A DNA stretch of 64,000 nucleotides from assembly GCF_009914755.1 (NCBI RefSeq), contig NC_060929.1. One strand, 5' to 3'. Below, in pieces: positions 1 to 17,256 of this stretch. Under the pieces are notes generated by a model. It was not told where the DNA came from. It made no database searches and saw only the letters and a list, made by a program, of their open reading frames with translations. Origin of the DNA: the human T2T-CHM13v2.0 reference genome, Homo sapiens. Positions within the stretch are counted from its first letter, which is position 1. Each line of letters begins with the position of its first letter. The position numbers and the translations under genes were made by a program.

Positions 1-424
1 CACTAGAGAGCTAGACGTAGGAAGCCAGATTACAGGAATTCCAAGAGTCGGAGTGGGGTGAATAAAAAGAGATAGTGAGCCTAACTAAAGTATTTATTGT
101 GAAAGCTTAAAATAAAGAGAACAAATAAAGATGATCCTAGGAGAGACCTGGAGATTGTTCACAGAAAGAGCAGACGGTGCTACAACGGGAAAGATTAAGG
201 ATGGCGCTGGGGAAGTGGGAGTTCCTGAGGATGGAGGTGGATGAGGTGCAAATGGACAAGCACCTCAGTTGGAGGGCTGGCATCCAGACGTTGTCGTCCA
301 ACCCCCACTTTTTAGACTTTTCCTATTTTTTTTCTAAGGGAATTACTCTGCCAGCTTTTTAGCTTGGATTAAGTCAATTTGGGTAAACTTTATTTTTTGA
401 AAAAAAGTATTATTTTCAGTTGTC

Positions 425-802
<378 letters not shown>

Positions 803-949
803 TGAATTAGAAAGCAGTTGTTCTTTCTGTTATTCAAAAGGAATTTCTTGAAACATTTATTTATTTACATTCTAATTGACAAAATGTCTTGAAAACAGGT
901 CATGCTAGTCTTCCAACTTTTCTTTTTCGAAGTTGTTTTAGCATTGATA

Positions 950-1720
950 TAATCTGTAGTGCTGTTTAACTTTTTGAATATACAGAATACAATTATAATC
1001 AGTCTTTTCTACTAATTATCATATTTATATCAGTAAATATTCTTGAGTTTTGTCCTGGGATGCAGTTAAGTTACTTAGAAACAGTTTGATCCTTTCTGGA
1101 TCTTGCTTTTAAGATGTGTTAAGTGGTACTGGACCAATGCTCAGTCCAGAGTTAAATATTCTTCATTACTGAGTCAACACCCTCTGCATACTCTACTCTG
1201 TGCTCCGTGAATCATGAGGTTTTCCATTCTGGATGGTGGGAACAGACACTGTTACATGTCCTGCATGAGTACTATTACCTCTAATTCTCTTAGGTGATTC
1301 TCCTCTCAGGTAGTTTCTTCAAGTGCATGTGTTATCAGTACTCACTGAATACTTGAGGGGATCCCTACACAGATCTCTGTAGTTATCTCTCTGTGCAGCA
1401 TTCTCCTCTTTGATACTCTATCCTGCAAAATGTGGGCGCCTTGGACTCCCTGAACTCTCAGCAATGTTTCCTCAATTCAGAAAATCCATTGTCCCTCCCC
1501 GCATCATGGCTTGGAAACTGTCTTCCAGCTTCAGCTTGGAAACAACCATAGGGCCCCCCATATTTGTTTTTGTCTCTCTGGATCACTGTCCTTCATTCAG
1601 CATCTTGAAAATTTTTTTTATGTATTTTGTCTGGATTTTTTGCTGTTATTGTCTTTGTTGTTTCAAATGGGAGGGTAACCCAATCCCTGTTTTGCCATCT
1701 TGGCTGGAAGTGGAAGTCCA
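950..1720 (-). mobile_element. Old L1M (L1MC/ME-type) fragment
   Basis: Motifs such as gaaacagtttgatcctttctggatcttgcttttaag resemble ancient L1M 5' regions; boundaries approximate. Confidence 0.5.
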
Positions 1721-2060
1721 CAATATTTTGTAAGGATGGTAAATTATTCATTAAACATTTTCTGGAATTTTAGTTAATTGAACAAATATATAGATAGAGT
1801 AAAACCAGTTTGGCTGTAGGTTTTTAAAAATCATGTGAGAAGAGTAATTATGTCGTGTCCCTGGAAGTTTCTTATAGCACAAATGAAAATGTCTTCTCTT
1901 GTTTACACAGTGGCAGCAAATCATCATGGCCTGGATTCCAGCCCCGCTTTTGAACTTAGATGCACATTTCCCAGACAATAATCTGGAAGATGCAGTATTG
2001 GCAAAGCTTCTATGTGATTCTGATGATTGATCTGGCTGAATGAATCAGTACAGTGCCAAT

Positions 2061-2276
2061 CAGGGTTCTCAGCTTTAGCACTGCAGACACTTTAGGATGG
2101 ATAATTTTTGTTGGGCCAGGGAGGGAATTGTCCTGTACACTGGGGATGTATAGCAGCATCATGGCCTCTACCCACTAGATGCCATCTTTGCTCTCAGTTG
2201 TGACAACCAAAAATGTTTCCCAGAAATTGCCAAATGTCTCCTGAGGGGCAATAATGCCTCTAGCTGAGAAGTATAG
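2061..2276. mobile_element. MER20 (hAT-Charlie DNA transposon relic)
   Basis: gcagcatcatggcctctacccactagatgcc...cagttgtgacaaccaaaaatgtttcccagaaattgccaaatgtctcctgagggg matches recalled MER20 consensus. Confidence 0.85.
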
Positions 2277-2289
2277 TTGCAGATTAAAT

Positions 2290-2420
2290 CTAGACCTTGA
2301 GCTGCCAGAGAACAGAAACCGTATTTTATTCATGTCTATAACCCCAGCACTCAGGAGAATGCAATAAGTAAGTGGCTGTGGAGTGAACAAATGAATGAGC
2401 AACATAAATGAATGAATACC
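2290..2420. mobile_element. L2 3'-end fragment
   Basis: tattttattcatgtctataaccccagcac...gaacaaatgaatgag, typical L2 terminus with aatg repeats. Confidence 0.55.
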
Positions 2421-2439
2421 ACCCATCCTGTCTTATAGA

Positions 2440-2902
2440 ACAAGTGTTCTCAAACTTCATGATTTTTAAATTGCCAGAAAAAATTGTATGTAGTTATTAT
2501 GCACAATTTGATATTTTAAAGTATGTATACATTGTAGATTGACTAAATATAACTAACTAACATATGCACTACCTCACACAGTTATTTTTCTGGTGAGAAC
2601 ACCAAACATCTATCCTCTTACAATTTTCAAAAATACAATACATTGTTGTTAACTATAGTCACCATGTCATACAATAGATCTCTTGAATATATTCCTTCTA
2701 CCTAACTGAAAATGTTGTGTTCTTTGACCATCTCCCCAACCCCCTAACCTCTCTGTTCTTAATGATCAGTAGAGTTTTCGTTAAAACACAGATTCTCAAT
2801 CCCACTCCCAGAGAGTCATTGAATAGACATGAGGTGGGATACAGTCATCTGCATTTTAACAAACACCACAGTGATTCCTCAACCAAAATCTGAGAAAGCC
2901 CT
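2440..2902. mobile_element. MER5A-like element split by an L1MA/MB 3' fragment (~2490-2750)
   Basis: caagtgttctcaaactt ... aaaacacagattctc...ctgcattttaacaaacacc; inner ttgttaactatagtcaccatg..acaatagatctcttgaa is an L1MA 3' UTR motif. Confidence 0.6.
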
Positions 2903-2988
2903 ACAGTACTAAGAAGTATTTGAGGCAAAAATTCAGACTACAGTACTAAATCAGACTACAGTACTAAGAAGTATTTGAGGCAAAAATT
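2901..2988. repeat. 33-bp exact direct repeat with templated spacer
   Basis: ctacagtactaagaagtatttgaggcaaaaatt at 2901-2933 and 2956-2988. Confidence 0.95.
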
Positions 2989-4057
2989 TACACTTATTAT
3001 TTTTACACTTATTAGAAAGTCTCTAGCCATTTTTATCCACCCTATTCAGCCAGCATGTGTAATTTCAGGGACAAGTAAACAAATATTTGGCTCTTCTACA
3101 GATCCAAGAATTTGCTTTAAAAACATTCAGCTTAACCTGCAACTGTCCATTACAATACCATTTACCGTGGCGATGTTTACTTTGGAATAAAAATCAGCAG
3201 AATGTCAGCTTGGACCTCAGTCTGGCATCTTTTAGTAAGAGCTCTGGGTACAGCCATTGACCAGATTCTGTAATCAGAGCAAGTTCTTGAAGTAGGTTCT
3301 GTCTCTGCTTCAGTTCCTCTTTTCAGAACTTATTGAATGGAGCCTTTCGATTTCAGAGGCAGATTTCGATCCAGGTGACTGCAGACCCCGGTTTCTATGG
3401 TGGGTACTTCATAGCATTGAAGGGTCAGGGAAACCACTTTAAATAGAAGGATTTTAATGATTACCTATTTATTTTTTTAAATTCCAGTAAATTCTGAGTA
3501 ACTAACAAAGGCTTTATTTCTTAATATATGCCACTGTCAAGGGACTCCTTGACAAAATGTGTAAATATTTACACATTTTGGTTTGGTTTAATAATTTTCC
3601 TACAAGACAGAATGCTTTGGTCAGAGGCTTGTTTTTTTTTTTTTTTTTTTTTTTTTTATTTATTCCTGTAAAGTTCTTTTTGGAAAAGTTTCCATCTCAT
3701 TTGTGTAGGGAATAAGAATTATTTGCCCACACATCCAGAAATCTTTTGGAGAAGAAAGGGCGTATTGAGCACTTCACAGACTCACTGGTCACAGAATATT
3801 CTAAAAGTAACAGATCAAGGATTCACAGAGTTAGATGCCATCTGGGAACTATTACCCTAGCAATGAAAGGGACCTATAGAAGTAAGTAATGCTGATTTGC
3901 TCTAATAGTGACGTCATCTGTATTAAGAAAAGATGTGTTCATGATATGTATATGGTTTGGAGCTATCACTTTGCACAATTGTAAGAAGCACCATCCATGT
4001 GGTTGGCAGCCGTATTCTGTCTCTCTCAGGGCAGTCTAGCTTAGAAATGTGCCTCCC

Positions 4058-4170
4058 CGGAGGCTGCAGTGAGCTGAGATCGTGCCACTGCACTCCAGCC
4101 TGGGCAACAGAGTGGGACTCTGTCTCAAAAAAAAAAGAAAGAAAAAGAAAAAAAAGAAAAAAGAAAGGTT
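4058..4170 (+). mobile_element. Heavily 5'-truncated Alu (3' end of right arm plus A-tail)
   Basis: cggaggctgcagtgagctgagatcgtgccactgcactccagcctggg...tctcaaaa; TSD tgtgcctccc at 4048-4057 and 4171-4180. Confidence 0.92.
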
Positions 4171-5829
4171 TGTGCCTCCCTCTGGAGTGGAGAGTAGCCA
4201 CTGAATATTTTGCTGGCTACAATCTGGGGCCTCTCCAGGGGTGATATTCAAAATACCTAACAATAGTTAATAATAAGTATGATAATATAAATTAATACAT
4301 AAATCAAATATTTCAACAATTTTTTTCTGTTCTCGAAATCAACTAAACAATAGAGCATACAATGGATTACCAAGCAATATAAATGGTGCAAAATATTCAT
4401 CAGCATATCATGATATTTTTGAAAAGATGTGATGAATTTTAAATATTGCAGGTATGATCTTTTGTTTGATCTAACTGTCACAGATGAAATAATGCCTCCA
4501 AGTCACAGTTTGGTGAAGGGATTGCATCAGACTCTCCCACAACTTCCCTACCAAACTGATCATCATTTGGTCCCTGGCTTCTGACTCTCATTACAGCCAG
4601 TGTCAGTGGGCATGTTGCCTGCTCATCACAGCCAGCTACACACCTGATGCCAGTGCTTTCCACATGATATGCACTCAGAGGGTCTGTATCCCAGACCCTG
4701 CCAATAATGGCATCCACTGCCCATATCACCAATCCCTCTGACTGGGCTGTCACACGGCAATGCTGGCTGTCGCTGGAGCAGTAGGCAAGACCTACACACC
4801 CCTTCTTGCTGCTGTTACCTTGATCCACTCGGTGCCTGCCAGGGGCTGCTCCCAGGCCCAGTTACCTGACTCTGCAGTTGGGCAGCATCATCAAGTGGCT
4901 TGTAGGTTCAGTAACTAAGAAATTGCACTTCCTGATGGAGGTGCTTAACCCTCTCAAACCCTCTATTGATCAAATAGCAATTACATTAAGGATTATCTTG
5001 CCCATAAAAGACTGCCTGAGACCTTAATATATTCAATATCTTTATTATTACCTAGGTCACAATGTAACAGGAGGCCCATTTATTAAAGGACAGAGTGATA
5101 CTCTAATACCATCAGCTTGAATTAATTAGTTGACATTAGAAATTATGTTATTAAGAATATTTCTGCTATCGCTATATTATTTACAACTGGCACAGAATTG
5201 ATTTAAGAGTTTAGCAACTTGTCCAGGGACTTTCCGAAATATTTGGTTTTCAGCTTTCCAAAAGCTTACTGGCTGCCTTGAGTTCCCTGAGGTAATATAT
5301 GGATTCCATTCTCATAGCCCAGCCTGAGTAAGATGGAAAGGTAGTTTAGTCATTAGTTCATAAGACCCAAAGCAAACCTACTAAAATGGGAAGACTCTAC
5401 ATATATTTGTTTCTATTTTTGAAAGGAGCCTTTTAAAATCTTTCCTTTTGAATGAGATGGAGTATAAGCACAGATTATTAAGTGATAACTAATGAATATT
5501 CAAAGAACAGAGTTACTTTATTGTTATTGATTAACTGATACATGCAAGAAAATAATATGATTTCTCTAGGGACAGTGACCATATCTTCTTTTTTTTTTCC
5601 TGTGATAAATAATCTTTTTTTATTATTATTATACTTTAAGTTTTAGGGTACATGTGCACAATGTGCAGTTAGTTACATGTATACCTGTGCCATGCTGGTG
5701 CGCTGCACCCACTAACTCGGCATCTAGCATTAGGTATATCTCCCAATGCTATCCCGCCCCTCTCCCCCGACCCCACAACAGTTCCCAGAGTGTGATGTTC
5801 CCCTTCCTGTGTCCATGTGTTCTCATTGT

Positions 5830-9650
<3,821 letters not shown>

Positions 9651-9713
9651 TATGATGTTAGCTGGTTATTTTGCTCGTTAGTTGATGCAGTTTCTTCCTA
9701 GTCTCAGTGGTCT

Positions 9714-10731
9714 TTACATTTTGGCATGATTTTGCAGCAGCTGGTACTGGTTTTTCCCTTCCATGTTTAGTGCTTCCTTCAGGAGCTCCTTTAGGGCAGG
9801 CCTGGTGGTGACAAAATCTCTCAGCATTTGCTTGTCTGTAAAGTATTTTATTTCTCCTTCACTTATGAAGCTTAGTTTGGCTGGATATGAAATTCTGGGT
9901 TGAAAATTCTTTTCTTTAAGAATGTTGAATATTGGCCCCCACTCTCTTCTGGCATGTAGAATTTCTGCCGAGAGATCTGCTGTTAGTCTGATGGGCTTCC
10001 CTTTGAGGGTAACCCAACCTTTGTCTCTGGCTGCCTTTAACATTTTTTCCTTCATTTCAACTTTGGTGAATCTGACAATTAGGTGTCTTGGAGTTGCTCT
10101 TCTCGAGGAGTATCTTTGTGGCATTCTCTATATTTCCTGAATCTGAATGTTGGCCTGCCTTGCTAGATTGGGGAAGTTCTCCTGCATAATATCCTGCAGA
10201 GTGTTTTCCAACTTGGTTCCATTCTCCCTGTCACTTTCAGGTACACCAATCAGACGTAGATTTGGTCTTTTCACACAGTCCCATATTTCTTGGAGGCTTT
10301 GCTCGTTTCTTTTTATTCTTTTTCCTCTAAACTTCCCTTCTTGCTTCATTTCATTCATTTCATCTTCCATCACTGATACCCTTTCTTCCAGTTGATCGCA
10401 TCAGCTCCTGAGGCTTCTGCATTCTTCATGTAGTTCTCGAGCCTTGGTTTTCAGCTCCATCAGCTCCTTTAAGCACTTCTCTGTATTGGTTATTCTAGTT
10501 ATACCTTCTTCTAAATTTTTTTCAAAGTTTTCAACTTCTTTGCCTTTGGTTTGAATGTCCTCCCATAGCTCGGAGTAATTTGATCGTCTGAAGCCTTCTT
10601 CTCTCAGCTCGTCAAAGTCATTCTATGTACAGCTTTGTTCCGTTGCTGGTGAGGAACTTCGTTCCTTTGGAGGAGGAGAGGCGCTCTGCTTTTTAGAGTT
10701 TCCAGTTTCTCTGCTCTGTTTTTTTCCCCAT
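9714..10731 (-). pseudogene. L1 ORF1p (RNA-binding chaperone), disrupted
   Basis: ORF pieces 10128-10373 and 9714-10124 carry RPNLRLIGVPE, ARREW, YPAKLS; start atggggaaaa at 10731; not one open frame. Confidence 0.93.
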
Positions 10732-11184
10732 CTTTGTGGTTTTATCTACTTTTGGTCTTTGATGATGGTGATGTACAGATGGATTTTTGGTGTGGATGTC
10801 CTTTCTGTTTGTTAGTTTTCCTTCTAACAGACAGGACCCTCAGCTGCAGGTTTGTTGGAGTACCCGGCCGTGTGAGGTGTCAATCTGTCCCTGCTGGGGG
10901 GTGCCTCCCAGTTAGGCTGCTCGGGGGTCAGGGGTCGGGGACCCACTTGAGGAGGCAGTCTGCCCGTTCTCAGATCTCCAGCTGCGTGCTGGGAGAACCA
11001 CTGCTCTCTTCAAAGCTGTCAGACAGGGACATTTAAGTCTGCAGAGGTTACTGCTGTCTTTTTGTTTGTCTGTGCCCTGCCCCCAGAGGTGGAGCCTACA
11101 GAGGCAGGCAGGCCTCCTTGAGCTGTGGTGGGCTCCACCCTTGGAGCTTCCTGGCTGCTTTGTTTACCTAAGCAAGCCTGGGCA

Positions 11185-11403
11185 ATGTCGGGCGCCCCTC
11201 CCCCAGCCTCGTTGCCGCCTTGCAGTTTGATCTGACTGCTGTGCTAGCAATCAGTGAGACTCCGTGGGCATAGGACCCTCCAAGCCAGGTGCCGGATATA
11301 ATTTCCTGGTGCACCATTTTTTAAGCCCGTCGGAAAAGCGCAGTATTAGGGTGGGAGTGACCCGATTTTCCAGGTGCCGTCTGTCACCACTTTCTTTGAC
11401 TAG
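11185..11403 (+). pseudogene. L1 antisense ORF0 remnant
   Basis: ATG at 11185 reads MSGAPPPASLPPCSLI* (TGA 11233-11235 from a 2-nt deletion); downstream frame retains ORF0-like GPSKPGAGY...RVGVTRFSRC. Confidence 0.8.
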
Positions 11404-11714
11404 GAAAGGGAACTCCCTGACCCCTTGCACTTCCGGAGTGAGGCAATGCCTTGCCGTGCTTCGGCTCACGCACGGTGCGTGCACCCACTGACCTGCGCCC
11501 ACTGTCTGGCACTCCCTAGTGAGATGAACCCGGTACCTCAGATGGAAATGCAGAAATCCCATATCTTCTTATTTATTCTTCTTCCAGCACATATGTAAGA
11601 CTCAGTACACTGAATATGTAAACCAAATGTTTAAATGAGGAAATCAGTGAGTGAATGGATAAATGAAAGCCCCTCCTTAAGCTAGAAGTAGGGGATTGAG
11701 GGTTAGGGGAAAGT

Positions 11715-11960
11715 GCTCTAAAAGTGGGAATAGTATGGGTTTTGGAGCCAAGCAGATCTTGGCCAGAATCCCAGGTTTCTCTGGCACTTTCCTATCATAT
11801 AGCCTTGTGTGTATCACTTAACTTCTATTTGCCTTGGTTCCAAAACCTAGAAAGTGAAGGTTGTGGGGTGGAAGTAATATTGTAATACTTACATTGCAGA
11901 GTTGTCATATAAATGTTAATAAGGCAGATAAAGCTTCAGGCACATAATGAGTGATACAAA
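11715..11960. mobile_element. MIR fragment
   Basis: ttttggagccaagcagatcttgg..aatcccagg...tcacttaacttct, MIR core-like. Confidence 0.6.
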
Positions 11961-12804
11961 TGTGGAAACTTTATCACATTACTGGCCACTCATTATTCAC
12001 TAAAAATATTAATCTTAAAGCATAATTGAACTTATCTTAGTCTATAAAGGACAAATGTTCTCAATATACCCTGAGCCAATGGTCAAAAAATTATATTTTG
12101 CATAATTATTGAATTGCTCATGAAATATCTTCAAGAAAATTAAAGCTTTCTGCAAGACAACTGAGAAAACATCAATCATTGCTTCTTTGCATTAATGAAT
12201 AACTCTGTAACAGCTCAGAGGAATCACATAATCAAGTCAATATGCACCTTTACTTTGTAAATGCTCAGATAAGCCATGGGAAACTTCAATCAGGTCTCCT
12301 CCTTTCCAGAAGAAACAGTAGAACAGCACAATATGACATACAAAGCTTCATTTCTCAAAGGTTCCAATTTGGATGTTTCTAAAAAGATGCTGGCTATTTT
12401 TTCTTTAGCAATTGCTTTATACAGGACTAGACATTCAAGATGTGTCAGCAGAAGAAATGGACACACCTTGGAGAAAGAAGTGGAACTGATGAGACCTCAA
12501 GTCTAATGATCAAGCTTGGTCAGCATGGGCTTGACTTCTGCTCTGTCCTTTATTTCCTGATCAGCCTTCAACAATGAGGACCAACTGTTGCCCGTGACTT
12601 GGTTCAGTTCTTGACATTTTGCTGTCCAGTCTTGGAGATACAGCTCATATCTCCTTCATGGGGAGGCTAATCCTACTAGAGCGTGCCAGGTGACCAAGTA
12701 GGAAAACTAGGGATCATCTCATGTCCATGTAGTTTGCTGCCTTTAGTTGGTTAAATTTCAGTGCATAGAATAGAAAACATTAAAGCTAGAGGGGATCTTA
12801 ACTA

Positions 12805-13207
<403 letters not shown>

Positions 13208-15594
13208 TTAGAAGAACAGTCAATGCCCTTTCCATATGGATAGATGCCCAATCTTCTGTAGATTACTATAGCTTAAAGGGAACTGAAAAAGAGAAAATGG
13301 GTATCATTGTCTAACTCATTACCACCAAAATTCAAGCTACATAAGAGGTTAGTAATAGTAATGGCATCTTTTATACAAAGGACAGCATAACAAGATATAA
13401 TACATGTACGTATATGTGTATTAATTTATAATAAGTTATATATATCTCCTTGCTTCTAAGAAAGAATTAACTCTTTCACATTAACTTTTAACAGTAAAAC
13501 ACATATATGATAGAATAGTTAAAAATAAAGATTAATAAGTGAGACTAGTAGCATATCAACTAAGGAACACAGAAGATAATTAAGTCAGAAAATTGGCAAA
13601 AGATAATTAGAATGAGCATTAAATTGAACTCTGAGATTCTTAGCAGCCAATGCAAAAAGGAAAGATAATGGGTTAAAAAGTCATCTGCTATCTGTTTAAA
13701 GGAACCACTCCAGTTCTTCCAGTGAAACAGTTTCCTGGTAAGTAATTACAAGAGAACTTTATTGCATGGTTTTTCTTCAAAGGATATCGAATAATGCAAC
13801 AGACAATGCCTTTGATACCATCATATAGAAGATGCAAAAATGCCCTTCATGTGCCAAATTAGAATATTCACTTGAATAGAAGTACAATATTAAATTCTGT
13901 GAAGACTTTTTTGAATTATATGTGTAGGTTGGTATAAGGGAGTTGTCACAGAGGAAGCAAAAATGGAGAGGAAAATGATGTAGCCAGGAGGTAATATTTT
14001 AGACCCCAGTTGCTTCTTTCGAAGCAAATGGGCTGAATGTGAACAGTTGCACAACTAAGTGTGGAAGTGCAAGTCTCCCTCAGAAGCCTCTAGTCAGTTG
14101 ATAGTGATGAGAACTGAGCCCTCATTTACAACTCTGTAACCTCACAGTGCTGGCTACCTTGAGTAGTCACAGGCATTTTGAATGCTACTCTTCTTGACAT
14201 GTTTTCAAATCAAGAAACTAGGAATACAGCACAGTTAAAAAGCATTTGTTTTAAGAAGTAGCGGAAGTTGCAGTATCATAGCCTACCAAAACAGGCAACT
14301 TTTTACTGGTCTCAAGGTATGTGGTTAAAAATTACCACTGTCAAGTCTGAGGAACTGCAGTGTGGGGTGTTGTCTGGCAGAGTAATCAGTGAGTTGAGCT
14401 GCCTGGGAGGGGCAGAAGGGAGAGGGCAGGTCTAGGGAAGCCTCTTCAAGCTTGTACCAGGGCTGATTCACTGGCCCATTCTTGTGGGGCTTGAGCAAGA
14501 ATACAAATAGAAGCCCACATTCTGTTTGTGCAACTATTTTAAAATTATAAATCAAGCTAACCAACGATAGATAAAATACCTCCTATCCTTCTACTTGCAT
14601 AAATGTACCTGGACTAGAAGGCCAGGTTCAAATGTAAAACCTCAAATTCTGTGACTCACACAGTCAGCTCCTTCTCTTCTCACCTTTGGCTTTAGCCCTG
14701 TTGCAAAGGGCCTCATGCACATGTGTGTGAACATCCTAGCCTACATATCCAAGAAATTTTGCTACCCTCTCTCCAGACAGCTAGAAAGCTACCCCTTAGG
14801 CCTGCACATCCCTGGGGATGCACAGAGCAGAGCAGAGTTCACCCTAGAGAAGAAGGACCCAGGTAGCAGGACTGCAGAGAGCCTAAAAGCAAGCTCAGGA
14901 CATCTGGGCAAGGAATTCTGGGATCCCAGGTATTTAGAGACAGCGAATGGGCTCCACATGGACACACATATCTCTTTGGCTGGTAGACCCCTCATCTTAT
15001 GAACTTTGTGCAGCCAGAGGCGGGTCATAGGAAAGCCCTCTAGCCTTGGTCTGAAGGTGGTGGTGAGGAACTAAATACTGGTTGTAAGCACAATCTAAGT
15101 GCAAGATCTGCCCATCAACATTCCCCTCCTCAGCTCCATTGTGCATCAGGGTTGATTCAGCCAATCTGGCTCTCTGATAAGGACCTTGTTGTCATCTTTC
15201 ATTACTCTATACAAGTCCTTCCTAAAGCTGCACCACAGGACTTCGAGTTTATTCACTGACGGAAGAGAATCTAGCATCCTCCCCTGGCAGAACTCCCCCC
15301 AAAATCCAGAACGCTCCCCCTGCTTTGCCTTCTCACCCACAGCAGCTCCTCTGGCTCCATGTTTCAGGCCCGATGTTTGCCCAGGCTCCTCCATCCCACC
15401 TGTGTAGCCTGCCACCCGCCATTCAGGACAGCCCTTGGCTCTGTCCAGGGTGCTGCTCACAGGGTCTGGTTACTCTGGATGTTGTAGCAGTCTTCACTAC
15501 AAGTCAGTCCCTTGGGTCTGCCTCATTCAGGCCCTTCTTCTTAATAACACCTTAAATATTTCTTTATCTTGGGATTTTACAATGACAAAAAAAT

Positions 15595-15830
15595 GAGTGA
15601 GTTAAGGTTACAGGCTTTCAACTAAACTTGAGTTTGAAACCTGGGTCTTCCACTTACTAGCTTTGTGAACTGCAGCAAGTTACTCAAACTTCCTAAGCTT
15701 CCATTTCACCATCTAAAAAATGAACAATACTCACTCTGTAGATTTGCTATAGGAATTAGATAAACTGATGTATGTAAAATACTTAGTTCAGTACCTGACA
15801 CATCAGAAATGTTTCATAAATGTTGAGGCC
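15595..15830. mobile_element. MIR
   Basis: gagtttgaaacctgggtcttccacttactagctttgtgaactgcagcaagttactcaaacttcctaagcttccatttcaccatctaaaaaatg core. Confidence 0.8.
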
Positions 15831-16209
15831 CTTCCTTCAAAACTATTTTTAAGGAGGTCATTTCCTCCCAAATCTATAGATCCTCCTTCTAAGTCTAGGT
15901 CTTCAGTTTAGCATTCAGGGCCCTTTGGCAGTTGCCTCTGTCCTCATCTCTTGTCTGTCCCTGAGATGACTTTCTTGTTTCTGCCAAGTAATTTTCATAC
16001 ATCCCTGCAAGTGACTCACACTTTCTGTCCTCCATGGCTCTGCTCCTGTTATTCCAAATGCAGTGTGTTCAGCCCCTGAACTGTCTTGCCATTGGACCTC
16101 CTTTCTCCAATTCCAGGTTTCAGTCTATCTCAAGCCCTACCTCAGTACTCACATCTTCCAAAGAGCCAATGGCTGTCTTCTCTTTGCATTTTCCTTTCCA
16201 CAGGTGATA

Positions 16210-16780
16210 CAGTATGTTTCTGACAATCGCTGCAGCTGACCTCTCTGATCCCATACTCTATAGCAATGTGACCTTGCCAAGAAATGAGGTCTATTTCTTC
16301 TCCCTTGAACCTAGATGGACTTTGATTGGTTTGGCCAATAGAATAGTGGTTAGATGTGTCTTCCAAGATTTCTGAGCCCAGGCTTTAGGACTGTCAGCTT
16401 CCATGATATACCTTAGAATGCTTACTCTGTTAGGCGAATTGTTTTGTTAGAAACCCAACCACCCTGAGACTTCCACGCAATAACGAAGTTTACACTAGCC
16501 ATGCAGAAAGCCCATTTGGAGAGAGAAGGATGCCTGCCAACCCCCAGCTGTGTTAGCCATCTGTGGCAGCCAGCCTCCAACATGGTTTCAGTGATCCCCA
16601 TCTCCTGGTATTCATATTCTTGTCTAGTCTCCTCCCATCTAGTACCAGGATTGGTCTGTGTGACCAATAACATATGGCTGAAGTACTTGTGGGTATATCA
16701 CTTCCAAGGTTAAGGTGTAAAATACTGCTCTGTCTTTCTCACTCCTCACTTGCTCTGGAGAAGTCTAGCTGTCATGGAAG
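16210..16780. mobile_element. MLT1-family (MaLR) LTR fragments, two abutting pieces joined near 16561
   Basis: tgtggcagccagcctccaacatgg...ccccatctcctggtattca at 16562; upstream piece with gaggtctatttcttctcccttgaacctag. Confidence 0.6.
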
Positions 16781-17256
16781 TTAAATAAGTTGTCAAAAGT
16801 CACTCATAGCTAGTAACCCAGATTCAAGTTTAGGCTGCAGGATTTCAAAGCCCAGATAATTAACCACTGCACTTTCTACCTCTTTTGGTAAAATTTAGGA
16901 GACCCCAAAATATACTTCTCTTATTGCTTAGTAATAATCTCCCAACCCCATTCCACCTCATACACAAGTTAATGCATATTTTGTTTTGAGGTGAAATAGC
17001 ATTAGCTTTATTATACTTCAAACTTTATTTTAGTGAAGCCAAGTGCCACAGAGTGTATAACTTTAATTATTTATTTTTAATGTTTCCAGTGCTTTGTCCA
17101 AGGATTTTGTTTCATTGCTTTGTGTGTATTTGTACATCATTCCTTTTTCCATAGTGTAAAATAAAACAAAGCAAAAAAGTAGAAGAAAGTTTCACTTAGC
17201 AATGTAACATCAGGCAGTGCTCCCTCCTGACTTTTATTCCTCCTTATTTCATTTTT

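Noticed and set aside
2901-2988. Repeat-spacer-repeat pattern resembling CRISPR
   Set aside because: Only two copies, spacer derived from the repeat, eukaryotic context, no cas genes
4478-4828. 116-aa minus-strand ORF in non-Alu/L1 sequence
   Set aside because: Non-ATG start, no recognisable family or splice support; could be an old repeat I cannot identify
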